From NCBI RefSeq assembly GCF_015207375.1, contig NZ_JADEWY010000043.1, forward strand, positions 12,200 through 44,199: 32,000 nt of DNA, in the 5' to 3' direction. Source of the stretch: Coleofasciculus sp. LEGE 07092. GTDB lineage: Bacteria > Cyanobacteriota > Cyanobacteriia > Cyanobacteriales > Coleofasciculaceae. Position 1 is the first letter of the stretch. Each line of letters starts with the position of its first letter. Of the stretch, positions 24,283 to 32,000 are shown one piece after another. Made by a program: the position numbers and the translations under genes. The notes beneath the pieces were generated by a model, which saw only the letters and a list, made by a program, of their open reading frames with translations, was not told where the DNA came from and ran no database searches.

Positions 24283-25902
24283 TTGAAAGCTAGTCTTACA
24301 CCCTTTAGAAAACTTCCCAAAGCGCTGATTGTCATCTTAATGCTCAGCTTTTTGGTGTACCTTTATGGAATCGATTGGGGATTGCCTAGCGTTACGGGCT
24401 GGACGGCTGATGAGTTAACACCATCGATAGTTCTCAAAGGAGTTGAGCGCAGCTTTTCTAATGGTTGGCGTTATAAATATCCCCCATTCCATTTTTATGT
24501 ATTAACGGTTTTATATTCGCCTCTTTTAATTCTAGATCTACTCAACTTTGTCGATGTTCATAGTTTACCGATTCAGACCTTACTTTTTTGCATAGGTAGA
24601 TTCTTGAATGTAATTTTAGCTGTTTCTATTTTAATTATTGTTTACTTCTGCGGAAAAGAAATTTACGAAAAAAGAGCCGCTGTTTTTGCTGCCTTGATTA
24701 CGGCATTAATTATGCCTTTCACGTACTATTCTAAGATGATTAACTTAGATATTCCTTATTTATTTTGGTTTATAGTATCGTTATTCTTCTATATCCGTAT
24801 TCTTAAACATCATCGATATAAAGATTACCTGTTATTTTCAGCGATGGCTGTGGTTGCCGTTTGCACAAAAGATCAAGCGTATGGATTGTACATCCTGACT
24901 CCAATCGTCTTAGTTATTAATCATCATTTATACTTAAAGCATAAGAATCCCAGTATTTCTTTAAAAGAGTCCTTGCTGGATAGAAAAATAACGCATTCTT
25001 TGCTGCTAGGTGTAGCTTTGTTTGCTATTTTGCAGAATTTATTGTTTAACTTAGAAGGGTTTTTAGGACGCATTGAATTAATTACAGAAGGACAAGCAAG
25101 TATACATCCTCGTTTTGGAAATAAACTCTTTGAGCATTTAGATATGCTTGTTCAAAGCTTTATGCATCTTAAATTTTCCTTGGGACTGCCGCTATTTATT
25201 GTCTGTATCCTGGGATTACTGAGAAGCTTATGGCAACTGGATCAGCTTTACTTGCTCTGGTATCTCTGGATTCCCGTTTTATCCTATTACCTATTTTTTA
25301 TTACTGTTGTTCTCTATAACGACGTTCGTTACTTACTATCAAGCTGTATAGTTTTAGCCTTTTTTGGCGGCAAATTCCTAGCTGATTTTCTTAAACCCTC
25401 TCATTCCTTCTTTAAGACTAAAATAATTTTAGTGACGGCAATATTAACGTACAGCTTCTTTTATGCCTTAACCGTAAACGTTTTAATGCACAGTGATTCC
25501 AGATACTATGTTGAGAACTGGATGGAGCAAAATATCGATAAAAAAGCTTTGGTTTTTGGGGCAAGCGATGTCAAATTCTTACCCAGACTCAAACCCTTTA
25601 ACTCTATCCTTGACACGGAACTAACCCTAGACGTTCTCCAGCACTATCATCCAGACTACATTATCGTCTCTAAGGCATTTGATGGACGGCGATTTGAACC
25701 CGATACAAAGGAATACGAATTTTTCTCAAAGTTAGAGAATCAAGAGCTAGATTACACCTTAGTATTGCAATATCAATCCAACCCCAGCTTAAATTTATTT
25801 AATCGGGAGAAAGTCGAATATACTAAAGTCCGACAGCGCTACATCCAATCTAATTTTGACAAAATTAATCCAGAGATAAAAATATACAAGCGCACCGATT
25901 AG
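24283..25902 (+). CDS. GT-C fold membrane glycosyltransferase-like protein (second, A+T-rich)
   Basis: The 539-aa product is polytopic, with first-loop motif GWTADELTP and WRYKYPPFHFY, and a soluble C-terminal domain. TTG start. Visibly more A+T-rich than the flanking genes. Confidence 0.5.
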   Translation: MKASLTPFRKLPKALIVILMLSFLVYLYGIDWGLPSVTGWTADELTPSIVLKGVERSFSNGWRYKYPPFHFYVLTVLYSPLLILDLLNFVDVHSLPIQTLLFCIGRFLNVILAVSILIIVYFCGKEIYEKRAAVFAALITALIMPFTYYSKMINLDIPYLFWFIVSLFFYIRILKHHRYKDYLLFSAMAVVAVCTKDQAYGLYILTPIVLVINHHLYLKHKNPSISLKESLLDRKITHSLLLGVALFAILQNLLFNLEGFLGRIELITEGQASIHPRFGNKLFEHLDMLVQSFMHLKFSLGLPLFIVCILGLLRSLWQLDQLYLLWYLWIPVLSYYLFFITVVLYNDVRYLLSSCIVLAFFGGKFLADFLKPSHSFFKTKIILVTAILTYSFFYALTVNVLMHSDSRYYVENWMEQNIDKKALVFGASDVKFLPRLKPFNSILDTELTLDVLQHYHPDYIIVSKAFDGRRFEPDTKEYEFFSKLENQELDYTLVLQYQSNPSLNLFNREKVEYTKVRQRYIQSNFDKINPEIKIYKRTD

Positions 25903-25920
25903 CACCCAACGCTTTTCCCC

Positions 25921-27690
25921 ATGTGGATAACCCGCCTGCACCAATTTCTTACAGCACCAACTCCTCATAAATCCAGCCCCCGCACTCTCTTTTGGCTCAC
26001 CCTCAGCCTGATATTTGCTGCCCTTTACGGTATCTTGGCACTGCAACAGGCTTTCAGCAGCAACTACATTGTGCAAGACGATGCGCGTCAGCACGTCTTT
26101 TGGATGCGGCGGTTTTTAGATGAGTCCTTATTTCCCAAGGATTTAATCGCCGACTATTTCCAATCCGTCGCACCGTTAGGCTATAGGGCGTTGTACCAGT
26201 TGATGGCAACATTAGGTATTGAACCCGTGGTATTCAGCAAAATCCTGCCTTTGTTTCTAGGGCTGGTGATGACGGGTTACTGTTTTGCCGTTTCCATGGA
26301 ACTGCTTCCCGTACCCCTCACAGGATTTATTTCTTCCTTACTCCTGAATCAAAATCTCTGGATGCAGGATGGATTGGTATCGGGAACACCTAAAGCCTTT
26401 ATTTACCCAATTCTGCTAGCATTTTTATATTATTTATTACGACAGTCCCTAGTAGGAGTTGGAATTGCGATCGCTCTTTTAGGGTTATTCTACCCCTCCC
26501 TCGTCCTAGTCTGCGCTGCCCTATTAATTCTGCAACTGTGGCAGTTTAACCGAAAATTACCCTATCTGACTCAAAATCGCCGTGACTATATTTTCTGCCT
26601 CACCAGTCTAACTGTCGCATTCTTGGTGTTACTCCCCTACACCCTCAGCATTTCAGAATTTAGCCCTGTCATAACCGCCGCCATAGCTAAAACCTTACCC
26701 GACTTCTTACCCCAAGGACGAACCAGTTTTTTTGTTGAGGATGCTTGGGAATTTTGGTTCAATGGACGCAGTGGTATCCGTATCGATACGGCATTAGCTC
26801 CCCCCTTAGCCTATAGTGGGTTACTCCTGCCAATTTTATTAAACCTTCCCTCGCGCTTTCCCCTAACCCAACAGATAACAAGGGGTATCGGAGTATTACC
26901 CAAACTATTACTCGCTTCTGGTATCCTATTTTTTGCCGCCCACGCCCTGCTATTCAAGCTCCACCTCCCCAGTCGCTATACTCAACATAGCTTGCGAATT
27001 GCGATCGCACTAGCCGCAGGAATCACCCTCACCCTCTTAATAGACGCAATTTCCTTAGGAGCTAAATCAACTCAACTCCGGCAAATCCTAGCCCTAGGTT
27101 CAACGGCACTCATCAGTATTACCTTACTGGGATACCCCCACTTAGCCCTAAATACCTTCCCCTGGACTTACTATACTGTCGGAGGCGTCCCCAAGTTATA
27201 CGAATTTTTTCAACAGCAACCCCAACATACTCTGATTGCCTCCCTAGCTGAAGAAGCCAATAACTTGCCAACCTTCGCCCAACGGTCTATATTGGTGGGT
27301 CGAGAATATGCCGTTCCCTACCACTGGGGTTACTATCGTCAATTTCGTCAGCGTACCCTCGATTTAATTAACGCCCAGTACAGTCCAAATCCAAGAGTCG
27401 TGCGCGATTTTATTGAAAAATATGGTATCGATTTTTGGCTGTTACCCGCTACCCCTTTCACCCCTGATTCTATTGCCAATAATAATTGGCTGATGCAATA
27501 CCAACCCGCTGCTAACGAAGCGATCGCCCAACTAGAAGCCGGGAAAATACCCGCCCTAAAACCCTTAGTAGTACCTTGTTCCGTCTTAGAAACCCAAGAT
27601 TTAGTGGTTCTGAAGGCAGATTGTATTTTGAACTCACATTCCGCACTTCAGTTTGTAACACAGAAAAAACATACTGAAAATGATCGCTAA
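25921..27690 (+). CDS. Large polytopic membrane protein, possibly a third GT-C-like enzyme
   Basis: The 589-aa product has more than 10 TM segments, an acidic first loop (IVQDDARQHVFWMRRF) and a soluble C-terminal ~190 aa. An 18-nt gap from the previous gene suggests one operon. Confidence 0.4.
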   Translation: MWITRLHQFLTAPTPHKSSPRTLFWLTLSLIFAALYGILALQQAFSSNYIVQDDARQHVFWMRRFLDESLFPKDLIADYFQSVAPLGYRALYQLMATLGIEPVVFSKILPLFLGLVMTGYCFAVSMELLPVPLTGFISSLLLNQNLWMQDGLVSGTPKAFIYPILLAFLYYLLRQSLVGVGIAIALLGLFYPSLVLVCAALLILQLWQFNRKLPYLTQNRRDYIFCLTSLTVAFLVLLPYTLSISEFSPVITAAIAKTLPDFLPQGRTSFFVEDAWEFWFNGRSGIRIDTALAPPLAYSGLLLPILLNLPSRFPLTQQITRGIGVLPKLLLASGILFFAAHALLFKLHLPSRYTQHSLRIAIALAAGITLTLLIDAISLGAKSTQLRQILALGSTALISITLLGYPHLALNTFPWTYYTVGGVPKLYEFFQQQPQHTLIASLAEEANNLPTFAQRSILVGREYAVPYHWGYYRQFRQRTLDLINAQYSPNPRVVRDFIEKYGIDFWLLPATPFTPDSIANNNWLMQYQPAANEAIAQLEAGKIPALKPLVVPCSVLETQDLVVLKADCILNSHSALQFVTQKKHTENDR

Positions 27691-27966
27691 CCGACCCAAA
27701 GAATCAAGTAAAAATACTCAGTTAACTTAGAATTCGCGGCAATTCGATTGTCCCTCTTGGGTGTTGATTCATTTAGTCAAATTTTGGCTAGTCAACCAAC
27801 TAAATATTTTTACTCAGTCACTACCTCGTTTTAGCGATCGCTCTTTATGTTTCTGTTATATTACATCTTGAAGTGCGGAAGGTGGGTTAAAATTTGGCGG
27901 AGGAAAGCGCACGTACTCTTGGGTTTTTCTACAATAGAGAGTTAGCGTAAGGCTTGCTGTAGCAGG

Positions 27967-29169
27967 GTGAGGTCAGCGATGGAGACAGCACAACAATGGT
28001 ATGACAAAGGTGTTCAGGAATATAATGCGGGGAATTACGAAGCAGCATTGGCTAGTTTTGACAGGGCGTTGGAGATTCAACCTGACTCCCCTCAAGCTTG
28101 GTGTTACAAAGGCAATTGTTTATGGTATTTAGGGCGGTATGAAGAAGCCTTGGATTGCTACGGACAAGCTTTAAGGATTGACCCTAACGACTCTGCTGCA
28201 TGGAATGGCAAGGGTTTAGTTCTCAATGCATTAGGGCGCTACGAAGAAGGATTAGTTTACTTGGAGCAAGCAATAGCCAAACAACCAGATAACTACAATG
28301 CCTGGAATAATTATGGAATTGTACTCCATGGCTTAGGTCGCTGGAAAGAAGCCCTAGCTAGCTATGAAAAAGCTATAGAAATTAATCCTAATGACTCCAG
28401 TCCCTGGCATGGTAAAGAAAATGTTCTCAAAGAATTAGGAGATCATGAAAAAGCATTACTGTCCTACGAAAAGGCACTAGAAATAAAGCCAGATGCATAT
28501 ATTATCTGGCATAACAAGGGCAATCTATTAAAAGACTGCGGATGCTATGAGGCAGCCTTGGCGTGCTATGAAAAAGCACTGATTATTAAACCTGACTATT
28601 CTATCTCATGGGATGCTAAAGGTAGAGTCCTCAAAGTTTTAAAACGCTATAAAGAAGCACAAGCTAGCTATAAACAGGCACTACAGTTCCAACCTCAAAA
28701 CTATGACGATTGGATAACTAATGGTGATGTGTTTTCAGAGTTAATGCAGTATAAAGAATCACTGTATTGCTATAATTATGCGTTAAATTTACAAGGAAAA
28801 GGATATTATACTACATGGCGAAAAAAAGCTTTTGCTCTTTATAAGTTAAGACGCTATCATGAAGCTTTGCAATTGCAACAAAAAATATTAGAAGTTCAAC
28901 CAGAATCCTATGATGATTGGCTGAGAATAGGTGATACTCTCAGTGCCTTAGAACGCTATAGAGAAGCGCTATATAGTTATAACAGAGCTATTGCTCTAAA
29001 ATCAAGCGATTCTTCAGCTTGGAATAAAAAAGGCAATATTTTTTATAGCCTAAAAAAATACAAACAAGCTTTAAAATGTCATAAAAAAGCCACGAAAATA
29101 CAACCAAATTATTATTTTGTTTGGTATGGACAGGGAAGCGTTTTCTATATGCTCAGTCAATATCAATAA
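27967..29169 (+). CDS. TPR-repeat protein, in fact the N-terminal part of a TPR-CHAT gene cut by an in-frame TAA
   Basis: About 11 classical 34-aa TPRs (AWxxKGxxLxxLGRYEEALxxYxxALxIxPD). The first ATG is at 27979. The TAA at 29167-29169 sits inside a TPR consensus position (YQ*AIDAYDHAL). Confidence 0.75.
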   Translation: MRSAMETAQQWYDKGVQEYNAGNYEAALASFDRALEIQPDSPQAWCYKGNCLWYLGRYEEALDCYGQALRIDPNDSAAWNGKGLVLNALGRYEEGLVYLEQAIAKQPDNYNAWNNYGIVLHGLGRWKEALASYEKAIEINPNDSSPWHGKENVLKELGDHEKALLSYEKALEIKPDAYIIWHNKGNLLKDCGCYEAALACYEKALIIKPDYSISWDAKGRVLKVLKRYKEAQASYKQALQFQPQNYDDWITNGDVFSELMQYKESLYCYNYALNLQGKGYYTTWRKKAFALYKLRRYHEALQLQQKILEVQPESYDDWLRIGDTLSALERYREALYSYNRAIALKSSDSSAWNKKGNIFYSLKKYKQALKCHKKATKIQPNYYFVWYGQGSVFYMLSQYQ

Positions 29170-30417
29170 GCCATTGATGCTTATGACCACGCCTTACAGC
29201 TAACTAATAATCAAGATTGGATGGCTTGGGCGAATCGAGCTTTAGCTGTCTCTTATATAGATGGTTATGAAGCAAGAATTCAAAACTATAATAACGGATT
29301 GCAAGCCCTCCAACCCGATAACCCCGAATATAACGAAGGGTGTGGCTATTTACATTGGAAAAAAGGTCAATTCTACTATTCCCAAGGACAACAACAACAA
29401 AACTGTTTACCCTACTGGCGTGATGCCAAACGATGTTATCAACAAGCCCTAAAATTCCTCACCTCACCGCATTTACGATTACGGCGTCTAGAAGTTTTAC
29501 AAGATCTCATTCAAGTCTACCGTGGCTTAAATCAAACCCAAGACGTGCAGGTATTACTCGCAGAAGCCACCGACTTACTGGGACGTTTACTGCAAGAAAT
29601 GTCCTTAGACGCTGATAAAATCAGACTCTCCCGAAAATTTGCCAGCTTGGTGCAATTGCGGGTTGATGAACTCGCCCACTCCCCCGAACCCACTCACCCG
29701 ATAAAAGCCCTGGAATTAGCCGAAGAACGCAAAAATCTCTGCCTGCGCTGGCTGCGCTACGGTACTTATAAATCTACCGAAGACAGTTCCAGTTATCAGC
29801 AAATGCAACACCTATTAAATCCCCATACCGCGATTATTTACTGGCACATCAGTCCGGCGGCGATTACCACATTTATCCTGGGACACGAACAGCCACTTCA
29901 TGTTCTCAAACCCAGGAATCCAGCCACTGAAAATAACCATCCCCAATCCCCGCCCCCATCCTTTCAACAACTGCTCAAATTTGAAGACTGGATGAAAACC
30001 TGGAAACAGGATTATCAAGCTTATCGCCAATTTGACCAACGGCGCAACCAAGCCAATTCCAGAGACAGGGGAAATCCTCAACCCTGTATTCCCTCAGACG
30101 AGGAGAAGCGCTGGGCAAAAACTATGCCCAAATCCTTAAAACGCCTCAAGGAACTGCTGGATATTCCAGGAATTAGGCAGCACCTCAAGCAGCATTGTCC
30201 CTCCATCACCCATTTAATTTTAGTTCCCCACCGAGACTTGCACTTATTACCAATTCATGGCTTATTTCTCGATACCTTTACGATTACCTATCTCCCCAGT
30301 ATCAAAGTCGGACTTGACAACCAACAGCGAAAAGCCACCCAGCGAACTCAATCCCCATCCTTATCTTTCCTAAGTATCGAAAATCCTCTCGGTGATCTCA
30401 AATATGCTTCCCTTTGA
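29170..30417 (+). pseudogene. Continuation of the TPR-CHAT gene: helical region plus only the first strands of a CHAT (caspase-like) domain, 3'-truncated
   Basis: It is in the same frame as 27967-29169 with no other stop between them. It ends ...HLILVPHRDLHLLPIHGLF...ITYLPS...LSFLSIENPLGDLKYASL*, which matches the start of a CHAT domain, but the catalytic His and Cys blocks are missing. Confidence 0.65.
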
Positions 30418-30443
30418 AATTTTATAAATTGTATAAATTGTAG

Positions 30444-30469
30444 GGTGCGTTACGCTTCGCTAACACACC
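30444..30469. repeat. Small hairpin element GGTGCGTTA-cgcttcgc-TAACACACC at the truncation point
   Basis: A 9-bp stem with one mismatch, of the 'gcgttacgcttcgctaac' type of dispersed cyanobacterial hairpin. It is preceded by the direct repeat tataaattg x2 (30423-30440). Confidence 0.4.
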
Positions 30470-30510
30470 ATGATTCTATTCCCTATTCCCTGGCGCGTAG
30501 CGCTATAGCA

Positions 30511-31461
30511 TCACCGACTCATTCCATTTTCTTGTAGCCAGTTTGATAAGTCTTCTAAACTATTGAAACCTAAAACATCATTTCCTAACTGTTCTACTTG
30601 TTCAAAGGACAAGTTTTGAATTTGGTTAATAATTTCTGGAGCAATTAATCCAAACTGTCGCTCCAGTAAACGGAGTGTCCATCGGATTCCTTCCTCTCGA
30701 CGCCCTTGCTCTAATCCTTGCTCCAAGCCTTTAGCTAATCCATCCTGCTCTGCCTGAATAATAAATCCCCGTTGGTCTTCGAGAAACATTTCTTGTTTAC
30801 GCAATTTTTCCAATTCCTCTACACTTAAATTCGCTTGATTCGCGATATTCATGGCTTTATCCAGTGCCGGAAGTTGACTAAATGTGGGTGGAATGACTTC
30901 CAAGCTGGGAGCTTCTTTAATAAAGTAAATCCATTTATCCGTTAAACTGTCTAATTCATCCAGGGTTTTCGTGAATTTGGGTAATTCCACAAAAATCAAC
31001 TCGATTTCCGGATCAGGATAATCAAACAACTCCTGTGTTTCCTTTAAGCCAAAGCGTGTCAGGAACCGTTGCGTTTGGTTAAACATGAGAAAATCGGTAA
31101 TGGTTAAGGCAATAGCGGGTTTAAGATAAGAGTATCCTTCCCCATATTTGAGTTGATTCGCATAAGTTTTGGTTAGGTTATAAATGACACGCTTCTCAAA
31201 GGATGCCACGTTGAGTACCTGCATTTCAATTAATACGGTTGAGCCATTATCTAGTAAGGCTTTTACATCTAGATAGCTATCTTTGAGATCAACGACATCT
31301 CTGGGATTATAAGGGTCAATGATTTCTAAATCCTGAATCACAGGATTGGCATCATAGATTAAGGCATTTAAAAAGCTAATCAAGATATCTCTGCTGTCGT
31401 TTGAGCCAAATATTTTCTTGAAAGCAAAGTCGGTTTTAGGGCTAATAAATCTCAGCTTCAT
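30511..31461 (-). CDS. Rpn-family recombination-promoting nuclease / putative transposase (PD-(D/E)XK) with DUF4351-like C-terminus
   Basis: N-terminal SPKTDFAFKKIFGS...ISFLNALI, a nuclease core DLKDSYLDVKA...VLIEMQV, and a C-terminal LLERQFGLIAPEIINQIQNLSFEQVEQLGNDVLGFNSLEDLSNWL are all typical of this family. Confidence 0.8.
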   Translation of the reverse strand: MKLRFISPKTDFAFKKIFGSNDSRDILISFLNALIYDANPVIQDLEIIDPYNPRDVVDLKDSYLDVKALLDNGSTVLIEMQVLNVASFEKRVIYNLTKTYANQLKYGEGYSYLKPAIALTITDFLMFNQTQRFLTRFGLKETQELFDYPDPEIELIFVELPKFTKTLDELDSLTDKWIYFIKEAPSLEVIPPTFSQLPALDKAMNIANQANLSVEELEKLRKQEMFLEDQRGFIIQAEQDGLAKGLEQGLEQGRREEGIRWTLRLLERQFGLIAPEIINQIQNLSFEQVEQLGNDVLGFNSLEDLSNWLQENGMSR

Positions 31462-31488
31462 AATTCCTCAACACTTGAAAAGCGAACG

Positions 31489-32000
31489 TTAAACCACAAA
31501 ACTTTCCCTAACCCGAACATCCCCTAATCCCAATTCAACTGTAAACCCTTTCCCCAAAGGAATCGTTAATCCCACCTGACTGTAATAATCCCCCGCCTGT
31601 GCTGTCATTTTTCGCCAAATTTGCCCCAATTCATCCAATACAGTTAACTCTAACCCTTCCGGTAATGTATCCTCTAACTCTGTCGAATACACCTGCAACA
31701 CAACATCAATCTGTTGTTCTGAATTCCGCTTCACCCCCACCAATAACTCCACCGCTTGTCCAGCTAATTCTATCGTTTTATGTTGGGCAAATGCGGCTTG
31801 CGAATGGCTGGGTTCCAGTTCTCCTAAACTTAACGCAATTTGCCAAGAGGTTTCCTCATGGTGACAGGTTTGCAATCCTTTGACTAATGCCTGAATAATC
31901 GCTGGATCAGGATTTCCTGTTTCCCCTAATTCCAAGGCTGCTTGAAAACTCACCTGTTTATCGGGATTATCCAGTAATTCTATATAGCGACGAATCACCC
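31489..32000 (-). CDS. DUF1822 family protein, C-terminal part (the gene continues beyond the right edge)
   Basis: HEAT-like ALVKGLQTCHHEETSWQIALSLGELEPSH, then LELTVLDELGQ..., then the terminal GFTVELGLGDVRVRESFVV match my memory of DUF1822 C-termini. The frame is open to the window end. Confidence 0.6.
   Translation of the reverse strand, partial: VIRRYIELLDNPDKQVSFQAALELGETGNPDPAIIQALVKGLQTCHHEETSWQIALSLGELEPSHSQAAFAQHKTIELAGQAVELLVGVKRNSEQQIDVVLQVYSTELEDTLPEGLELTVLDELGQIWRKMTAQAGDYYSQVGLTIPLGKGFTVELGLGDVRVRESFVV

Overview
The window looks like a cyanobacterial chromosome segment, probably from a filamentous strain. This is inferred from dense HIP1 (GCGATCGC) palindromes, STRR-type heptamer arrays, and pentapeptide, TPR, CHAT, DUF1822 and LRR gene content. 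Intact housekeeping-type genes are a DUF58 protein (runs off the left edge and is missing from the ORF track), a ZnuCB/MntAB-type metal ABC importer preceded by Fur/Zur-like boxes, a nucleoside hydrolase, nadA, a metallophosphoesterase, tRNA-Ser(UGA), and the TIGR04282/TIGR04283-type transferase pair. Between them lies accessory, conflict-type material, much of it visibly damaged. (1) At 12.9-16.4 kb is a bacterial NLR-like gene (helical head + NB-ARC + about 14 near-identical TPRs). One in-frame TGA cuts off its head, and the TPR array carries a perfect ~475-bp internal duplication. (2) Directly downstream is a 12 x 21-bp iteron-like array held between inverted MITE-like arms. (3) Next comes a stand-alone WHH/AHH-type HNH toxin with a 1-nt-overlapping putative immunity gene, again bounded by the same repeat family. 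(4) A relic of a second NLR locus sits at 22.3-22.6 kb next to tRNA-Ser and shares both flanks of the first locus. (5) Three tandem GT-C-like membrane proteins follow. (6) A TPR-CHAT gene is interrupted by an in-frame TAA, truncated before its catalytic dyad, and abutted by an Rpn/PD-(D/E)XK nuclease gene and a DUF1822 gene. (7) An LRR gene and a frameshifted LRR relic flank an A+T-rich, internally duplicated membrane protein. All family assignments come from motif recognition by eye; no database search was possible.
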